IMG/VR virus record: IMGVR_UViG_2531839474_000005
Coordinates: 1-4,470 of that record
Direction: 5' to 3' (one strand)
Length of the DNA stretch: 4,470 bases
From: a virus
Taxonomy: Duplodnaviria; Heunggongvirae; Uroviricota; Caudoviricetes
Shown: in pieces, positions 1-4,470 of the stretch
Numbering within the stretch: the first letter of the stretch is position 1
Layout of the letters: each line of letters opens with the position of its first letter
The notes under the pieces: generated by a model
What the model was told of the DNA's origin: nothing
Seen by the model: the letters and a program-made list of their open reading frames with translations, nothing else
Databases searched by the model: none
Program-made: the position numbers and the translations under genes

Positions 1-1
1 G

Positions 2-643
2 CGACTGGCTAAGGTGAAGGATCTGACGCCGGGCGAGATGACGGCAGAACCCTACGATGATAACTACCTGGATGATGAAGACGCGGACTGGACCGCGACC
101 GGGCAGGGGCAGAAGTCTGCAGGAGATACCAGTTTTACGCTGGCCTGGAAACCGGGAGAAGAAGGTCAGAAAGGGCTTATAGGCTGGTTTGAAAGCGGGG
201 ATGTGCGGGCCTATAAAATCCGTTTCCCAAACGGCACGGTGGATGTGTTCCGTGGCTGGGTCAGCAGTATCGGTAAGGCCGTGACGGCGAAAGAAGTGAT
301 CACCCGCACGGTGAAAGTGACCAACGTGGGCAAACCTTCTGTAGCGGAAGAACGCAGCAAAATTACGCCGGTCACTGCGATTAAGGTGACGCCGACATCC
401 GGTACGGTGGCAAAAGGGAAAACAACCACCCTGACGGTTTCTTTTGAGCCGGAAAGTGCAACCGACAAGACGTTCAGAGCGGTTTCCGCCGATCCGTCGA
501 AAGCCACCATTAGTGTGAAAGATATGACAATTACGGTAAACGGCGTGGCGACAGGTAAGGTGCAGATCCCTGTGGTGAGCGGAAATGGTCAGTTCGCCGC
601 AGTGGCTGAAGTCACCGTTACTGAAGCGGGCGCTGCAGGGTAA
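2..643 (+). CDS. V: Major tail tube protein (lambda gpV-like), 5'-truncated by the window edge; C-terminal Ig-like domain
   Basis: Frame is open from position 2 ([12 protein letters not shown]...) to TAA at 641-643, so the true start lies upstream; the ORF-track Met at 14 is internal. The translation ([26 protein letters not shown]...[41 protein letters not shown]...) closely matches my recollection of the C-terminal two thirds of lambda gpV. Position immediately upstream of G/T/H/M fits lambda gene order. Confidence 0.92.
   Translation, partial: RLAKVKDLTPGEMTAEPYDDNYLDDEDADWTATGQGQKSAGDTSFTLAWKPGEEGQKGLIGWFESGDVRAYKIRFPNGTVDVFRGWVSSIGKAVTAKEVITRTVKVTNVGKPSVAEERSKITPVTAIKVTPTSGTVAKGKTTTLTVSFEPESATDKTFRAVSADPSKATISVKDMTITVNGVATGKVQIPVVSGNGQFAAVAEVTVTEAGAAG
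362..640 (+). other. C-terminal Ig-like (Big_2-type) domain of the major tail protein
   Basis: Segment [87 protein letters not shown] has the alternating beta-strand pattern and T/V/S richness typical of bacterial Ig-like domains. Lambda gpV is known to carry such a non-essential C-terminal domain. Boundaries are approximate. Confidence 0.7.
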
Positions 644-645
644 AC

Positions 646-650
646 GGAGG
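646..650 (+). promoter_or_regulatory. Shine-Dalgarno (GGAGG) for G
   Basis: GGAGG sits 6 nt upstream of the ATG at 657. Confidence 0.7.
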
Positions 651-656
651 TAATAC

Positions 657-1088
657 ATGTTTCTGAAAACAGAACAATTTGAATATAACGGTGTGTCCGT
701 CACGCTTTCCGAATTGTCTGCGCTGCAGCGTATTGAGCATCTTGCCCTCCTGAAACGGCGTGCAGAACAGGCAGAATCCAGCGGCAACCTGCAGGTAAGC
801 GTGGAAGATCTCGTCAGAACCGGCGCGTTTCTGGTGGCGATGTCCCTGTGGCATAACCATCCGCAGAAAACGGCATCACCGTCAATGAATGAGGCTGTGA
901 TGCAGATCGAACAGGAGGTGCTCACCACCTGGCCTGCGGATGCCATTGCCCGGGCGGAAGACGTGGTGTTGCGTCTGTCCGGGATGAGCGGGGCTGTTCA
1001 TGTGGATACGGATATCACCGAAGTGGCGAAAAATAACGCGCTTACTGATGATGATTTTTCTGCGGGAAAGTCTTCGACGGCGAGCTGA
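657..1088 (+). CDS. G: Tail assembly chaperone (lambda gpG-like)
   Basis: ATG at 657 with SD upstream; 143 aa; TGA at 1086-1088. Translation MFLKTEQFEYNGVSVTLSELSALQRIEHLALLKRRAEQAE...AFLVAMSLWHNHPQKT...MNEAVMQIEQEVLTTWP...VVLRLSGM closely matches lambda gpG as I recall it. Contains the slippery heptamer near its 3' end. Confidence 0.93.
   Translation: MFLKTEQFEYNGVSVTLSELSALQRIEHLALLKRRAEQAESSGNLQVSVEDLVRTGAFLVAMSLWHNHPQKTASPSMNEAVMQIEQEVLTTWPADAIARAEDVVLRLSGMSGAVHVDTDITEVAKNNALTDDDFSAGKSSTAS
1064..1070 (+). promoter_or_regulatory. Programmed -1 ribosomal frameshift slippery heptamer G GGA AAG (G to G-T recoding site)
   Basis: GGGAAAG at 1064-1070 lies in the G zero frame as GCG GGA AAG (..SAGK..). 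A -1 slip gives GGG AAA GTC TTC GAC GGC GAG CTG AAT TTT..., i.e. GKVFDGELNFALRLAREMGRPDW, which runs open into the T frame. This is the same heptamer and junction peptide known for the lambda G/GT frameshift. Confidence 0.88.
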
Positions 1089-1528
1089 ATTTTGCCCTCA
1101 GACTGGCGCGTGAGATGGGGAGGCCTGACTGGCGCGCCATGCTTGCCGGGATGACATCCACCGAATATGCCGACTGGCGACATTTTTACCGTACGCATTA
1201 TTTTCTCGATACCCAACTGGATATGCATTTTTCCGGGCTGACGTACGCCGTACTCAGCCTGTTTTTTGGCGATCCGGATATGCATCCGGCGGATTTCAGT
1301 CTGCTTGCTCCAGCGTGTGAGGAAGAGCAGACGGAGATGCCGGACGAGGAAGAAATGCTGATGCAGAAAGCGACAGGAGTTGCCGGAGGCGTCCGGTTCG
1401 GAGGGGACGGAGGGCGCGATATTTCACCTTCTGCGGATGTGGTGGATGTCAGCGAGGATGATGTTGCATTAATGATGGCTTCAGCGGGGATTTCCGGAGG
1501 TGTGAGATATGTCCCAGCCAGCGGGTGA
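1064..1528 (+). CDS. T: T portion of the G-T tail assembly chaperone fusion (made as 657..1069 joined to 1069..1528 by -1 frameshift)
   Basis: The -1 frame relative to G is open from the slippery site to TGA at 1526-1528. Translation ...GRPDWRAMLAGMTSTEYADWRHFYRTHYF.DTQLDMHFSGLTYAVLSLFFGDPDMHP.DFSLL...GGVRFG...GGVRY matches lambda gpT as recalled. The ORF-track Met at 1115 has no convincing SD and is probably not an independent start; some pipelines would still annotate T as 1115..1528. Confidence 0.88.
   Translation, partial: GKVFDGELNFALRLAREMGRPDWRAMLAGMTSTEYADWRHFYRTHYFLDTQLDMHFSGLTYAVLSLFFGDPDMHPADFSLLAPACEEEQTEMPDEEEMLMQKATGVAGGVRFGGDGGRDISPSADVVDVSEDDVALMMASAGISGGVRYVPASG
1496..1500 (+). 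promoter_or_regulatory. Shine-Dalgarno (GGAGG) for H
   Basis: GGAGG sits 8 nt upstream of the ATG at 1509, inside the 3' end of the T frame. Confidence 0.65.
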
Positions 1529-4121
1529 TCTGGTTATTGATTTGAGTCTGGATGCGGCCCGGTTTGATGAACAGATGGCCCGGGTACGCCGTCATTTTTC
1601 CAGTCTGGAGGCGGATGCCAGAAAAACCGCCAGTACTGTTGAACAGGGGCTGAGCCGACAGGCGCTGGCTGCACAAAAAGCCGGGATATCAGTCGGACAG
1701 TATAAGGCTGCCATGCGCACACTGCCCGCACAGTTCACGGATATTGTCACTCAGCTTGCCGGTGGTCAGAATCCCTTCCTTATCATGCTGCAGCAGGGGG
1801 GGCAGATCAGCGATTCATTCGGTGGACCGCTCAGCCTGCTTACCCTGCTGAAGGAGGAACTTCTCGGGATCAGGGATGCCTCTGAATCATCAGAGGAGTC
1901 GCTGTCAGATACGGCAAATGCACTGGCTGAAAATGCCCGGAATGCCGGTGAGCTGGGACGATTTATGTCGGTGGCCCGTGTGGCGGCAGGTGGCGGGGTT
2001 GCCGTACTGGCCGCGCTTGCTGCCGCCGCCTGGCAGGCAGAGCAGGCTGACCGGGCCTTATTGCGTTCACTGATCCTGACCGGAGGGGCGGCTGCCACCA
2101 CAACGGCAGAATTGTGGAAAATGGCCGGGGTGATCAGCGATGAAGCCGGTGGTGGTATCAGACAGGCGGCAGAAAATCTGGCCCGTCTGGCAGAAAGCGG
2201 GAAATATACCGCCGGGCAGCTACGGATCATGGGGGAAACCTCTCAGAGATGGCTGCAGACGGTGGGGGACGATGCCGGGAAGGTGGAAAAAGCCTTTGAA
2301 GGGATTGCAGCAGATCCGGTGAAGGCGCTGGCCTCCCTGAATCAGCAGTATAACTTCCTGAGCGTTTCCCAGTTACGCCATATTGATGAGCTTGAGCGCA
2401 CGAAAGGTAAACAGGCTGCGGTGACGGAGGCGATGTCCCTGTTTGCGGATGTCATGAATGCACGTCTGGAGCAACTTGATAAAGCGGCCACGCCGGTGGA
2501 AAAAATCTGGGACGATGTTAAAACCTGGACTTCTGACGCATGGGCATGGATAGGTGATCATACACTGGGGGCACTCAGTCTGATCACTGACGTGGTGGCC
2601 GGAACCGTTGAACAAGTGAAGCTGCTGCTTGTGCAGGGGGATCTGGCGCTGGCTGAATTTATTCAGTCAGCCTGGGAAACGACAAAGAATGTGCCCGGCG
2701 TTGGTGCGTTGTTTGGTGAACTGGCAGAAGAGAACCGCGTATTTATTGAGAAAACAAAACGCGATGAACTGGCGCTGAGAAAATCCATTGCGGAACGGGA
2801 TGCGCGTATACGCCAGGGGGAAATGGGGTACATCAACCGCTCGCGTGCAACAGGCGTCAGCAAAGGTCCTGGGCAGCAGGAAGCCGTCAGCCGTCTGGCT
2901 GAAGAGCTGACAGGTAAAAAGCATACATCACCGAAAACGCGCTCTGCCGGGGAGAGGGAAGAGGAGCAGGCAAGAGAGGCTCTGCTTGCCCTTGAAGCTG
3001 AGCTCAGGACGCTGGAAAAACACAGCGGTGCGAATGAGAAAATCAGTCGGCAGCGCCGTGATTTATGGAAGGCGGAAAGTCAGTATGCGGTCCTGAAAGA
3101 GGCTGCCACGAAACGGCAGTTATCCTGGCAGGAAAAATCCCTGCTGGCCCATGAGAAAGAGACGCTGGAGTACAAACGCCAGCTGGCTGAGCTGGGAGAC
3201 AAAGTTGAACACCAGAAACGGCTGAATGAGCTGGCACAGCAGGCGGTGCGGTTTGAAGAGCAGCAGAGCGCGAAGCAGGCCGCCATCAGCGCAAAAGCCC
3301 GCGGTCTCACTGACCGTCAGGCGCAGCGGGAGTCTGAAGCGCAGCGTCTTCGGGACGTGTACGGTGATAATCCGCAGGCGCTGGCCCGGGTCACCGGGGC
3401 ACTGAAACAGACATGGGCGGATGAAGACATGCTGCGCGGTGACTGGCTGGCCGGGCTGAAGTCCGGCTGGGGGGAGTGGGCGGAAAGTGCGACGGACAGT
3501 TTTTCGCAGGTTAAAAGCGCGGCCACGCAGACCTTTGACGGTATTGCACAGAATATGGCAGCGATGCTGACCGGCAGCGAACAGAACTGGCGTGGTTTCA
3601 CCCGTTCTGTGCTCTCCATGCTGACAGAGATTTTTCTGAAGCAGGCGATGGTGGGGATAGTCGGGAGTATCGGCAGCGCCATTGGCGGTGCTTTCGGTGG
3701 TGGTGCGTCTGCCTCCACGGGGACGGCCATTCAGGCTGCGGCGGCGAACTTCCATTTCGCGACCGGGGGATTTACGGGAACCGGCGGCAAATATGAGCCA
3801 GCGGGGATTGTTCACCGTGGTGAATTTGTCTTCACGAAGGAGGCAACCAGCCGGATTGGTGTCGGCAACCTGTACCGCCTGATGCGGGGCTATGCGGAAG
3901 GTGGTTATGTGGGCGGTGCCGGAAGTCCGGCGCAGATGCGGCGGGCTGAAGGCATTAATTTTAATCAGAACAATCACGTGGTGATTCAGAACGACGGTAC
4001 GAATGGTCTGCCAGGTCCACAGATGATGAAGGCAGTGTATGACATGGCCCGCAAGGGTGCCCGTGATGAAATCCAGGCACAGATGCGCGATGGTGGCCTG
4101 TTCTCCGGAGGTGGACGATGA
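1509..4121 (+). CDS. H: Tail tape measure protein (lambda gpH-like), 870 aa
   Basis: ATG at 1509 with SD; TGA at 4119-4121. N-terminus (GDLVIDLSLDAARFDEQMARVRRHFS...ISVGQYKAAMRTLPAQFTD..LAGGQ) and C-terminal ~390 aa (ELRTLEKHSGANEKISRQRRDLWKAESQ ... SVKSAATQTFDGIAQNMAAMLTGSEQNWR ... KYEPAGIVHRGEFVFTKEATSRIGVGNLYRLMRGYA ... KAVYDMARKGARDEIQAQMRDGGLFSGGGR) closely match lambda gpH as recalled. Large size, Ala/Gln/Glu-rich helical composition and position between G-T and M are typical of tape measure proteins. Confidence 0.95.
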   Translation: MSQPAGDLVIDLSLDAARFDEQMARVRRHFSSLEADARKTASTVEQGLSRQALAAQKAGISVGQYKAAMRTLPAQFTDIVTQLAGGQNPFLIMLQQGGQISDSFGGPLSLLTLLKEELLGIRDASESSEESLSDTANALAENARNAGELGRFMSVARVAAGGGVAVLAALAAAAWQAEQADRALLRSLILTGGAAATTTAELWKMAGVISDEAGGGIRQAAENLARLAESGKYTAGQLRIMGETSQRWLQTVGDDAGKVEKAFEGIAADPVKALASLNQQYNFLSVSQLRHIDELERTKGKQAAVTEAMSLFADVMNARLEQLDKAATPVEKIWDDVKTWTSDAWAWIGDHTLGALSLITDVVAGTVEQVKLLLVQGDLALAEFIQSAWETTKNVPGVGALFGELAEENRVFIEKTKRDELALRKSIAERDARIRQGEMGYINRSRATGVSKGPGQQEAVSRLAEELTGKKHTSPKTRSAGEREEEQAREALLALEAELRTLEKHSGANEKISRQRRDLWKAESQYAVLKEAATKRQLSWQEKSLLAHEKETLEYKRQLAELGDKVEHQKRLNELAQQAVRFEEQQSAKQAAISAKARGLTDRQAQRESEAQRLRDVYGDNPQALARVTGALKQTWADEDMLRGDWLAGLKSGWGEWAESATDSFSQVKSAATQTFDGIAQNMAAMLTGSEQNWRGFTRSVLSMLTEIFLKQAMVGIVGSIGSAIGGAFGGGASASTGTAIQAAAANFHFATGGFTGTGGKYEPAGIVHRGEFVFTKEATSRIGVGNLYRLMRGYAEGGYVGGAGSPAQMRRAEGINFNQNNHVVIQNDGTNGLPGPQMMKAVYDMARKGARDEIQAQMRDGGLFSGGGR
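4107..4111 (+). promoter_or_regulatory. Shine-Dalgarno (GGAGG) for M
   Basis: GGAGG sits 6 nt upstream of the ATG at 4118, within the last codons of H. Confidence 0.65.
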
Positions 4122-4447
4122 AAACCTTCCGCTGGAAAGTGAAACCCGGTATGGATGTGGCTTCGGCCCCTTCTGTAAGAAAGGTGCGCTTTGGTGATGG
4201 CTATTCCCAGCGAGCGCCTGCCGGGCTGAATGCCAACCTGAAAACGTACAGCGTGACGCTGTCTGTCTCCCGTGAGGAGGCCACGGCGCTGGAGTCGTTT
4301 CTGGCTGAGCACGGGGGCTGGAAGGCCTTTCTGTGGACGCCGCCTTATGGTTACAGGCAGATAAAGGTGACCTGCGCAAAATGGTCGTCGCGGGTCAGTA
4401 TGCTGCGTGTTGAGTTCAGCGCAGAGTTTGAACAGGTGGTGAACTGA
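4118..4447 (+). CDS. M: Minor tail protein M (lambda gpM-like), 109 aa
   Basis: ATG at 4118 overlaps the H stop (ATGA); TGA at 4445-4447. Translation MKTFRWKVKPGMDVAS.PSVRKVRFGDGYSQRAPAGLNANLKTYSVTLSV.REEAT.LESFL.EHGGWK.FLWTPPY..RQIKVTC.KWSSRVSMLRVEFSAEFEQVVN is near-identical to lambda gpM as recalled. Confidence 0.95.
   Translation: MKTFRWKVKPGMDVASAPSVRKVRFGDGYSQRAPAGLNANLKTYSVTLSVSREEATALESFLAEHGGWKAFLWTPPYGYRQIKVTCAKWSSRVSMLRVEFSAEFEQVVN
4434..4439 (+). promoter_or_regulatory. Shine-Dalgarno-like (AGGTGG) for L
   Basis: AGGTGG sits 7 nt upstream of the ATG at 4447. Confidence 0.55.
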
Positions 4448-4470
4448 TGCAGGATATCCGGCAGGAAACA
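4447..4470 (+). CDS. L: Minor tail protein L (lambda gpL-like), 3'-truncated by the window edge (first 8 codons only)
   Basis: ATG at 4447 overlaps the M stop (TGATG). Translation MQDIRQET matches the N-terminus of lambda gpL as recalled, and the position after M fits lambda gene order. Only 24 nt are visible. Confidence 0.75.

Noticed and set aside
1089-1114. The short stretch between the G stop and the first Met of the T frame, considered as a possible promoter or terminator
   Set aside because: It is coding in the -1 frame (part of the G-T fusion) and shows no strong hairpin followed by a U-tract and no convincing -35/-10 pair. Lambda late genes are transcribed from a single far-upstream late promoter.
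1115-1528. The ORF-track call of T as an independent 137-aa gene starting at Met 1115
   Set aside because: No convincing Shine-Dalgarno precedes 1115, and the -1 frame is open all the way back to the slippery heptamer at 1064-1070. The conserved lambda G-T junction peptide (GKVFDGELNFAL...) is encoded upstream of this Met. T is therefore best read as the frameshift extension of G, not a separately initiated protein.
211-1731. Several short minus-strand ORFs (211..510, 618..860, 998..1285, 1449..1676, 1534..1731) overlapping V, G, T and the start of H
   Set aside because: All are embedded antisense in genes with strong homology support on the + strand, are short (65-99 aa), lack ribosome binding sites and have unremarkable composition. 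Most likely non-coding.
1766-2230. A 154-aa minus-strand ORF inside the 5' region of H
   Set aside because: Lies entirely within the well-supported tape measure gene; the product is Ala/Ser/Pro/Arg-rich low-complexity with no SD or homology signal. It is an antisense artefact of GC-rich coding DNA.
1876-3882. Short + strand alternative-frame ORFs inside H (1876..2073, 2140..2322, 3682..3882) and minus-strand ORFs (2373..2615, 2663..2924, 3043..3310, 3317..3730, 3986..4312)
   Set aside because: All lie out of frame or antisense within the tape measure gene, with Arg/Pro/Trp/Cys-rich translations typical of non-coding frames. No independent start signals.
3120-4379. A 419-aa ORF on the minus strand, antisense to the 3' part of H and most of M
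   Set aside because: Its triplets are in exact register with H codons (both start at positions divisible by 3). Antisense stops would therefore require the sense codons TTA, CTA or TCA, which are rare in this GC-rich, enterobacterial-type coding sequence. The product is Arg/Pro/Ser/Gly-rich low-complexity sequence with no recognisable motifs and no upstream SD. It is a classic shadow ORF of a long, strongly codon-biased gene.
1-4470. Possibility of a novel defence, toxin or cargo system hidden in this window
   Set aside because: The entire window is accounted for by five contiguous, overlapping tail genes with strong similarity to lambda. There are no intergenic gaps, no extra ORFs with start signals, no repeat arrays and no compositional islands that I can see. 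I find no sequence evidence for an undescribed system here; the only atypical region is the diverged centre of H, reported above as a finding.

Overview
This window is the central part of a lambda-like (lambdoid) siphovirus tail-assembly operon, all on the + strand and tightly packed: the 3' end of the major tail tube gene V, tail assembly chaperone G, its -1 frameshift extension T (the G-T fusion), tape measure gene H (870 aa), minor tail gene M, and the first codons of L. Gene identities are based on my recollection of phage lambda proteins, to which the translations are very similar; I could not run a search. It is most likely a prophage or phage of an enterobacterial host. Each gene has a Shine-Dalgarno motif, and adjacent genes overlap by a few bases. 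The minus-strand ORFs in the track look like shadow ORFs of the + strand genes. I see no free intergenic space, no RNA genes, no CRISPR or mobile-element signatures, and no evidence of a previously undescribed system. The points most worth a second look are the G/G-T recoding site and the apparently mosaic tape measure protein, whose ends look lambda-like while its central third looks diverged.
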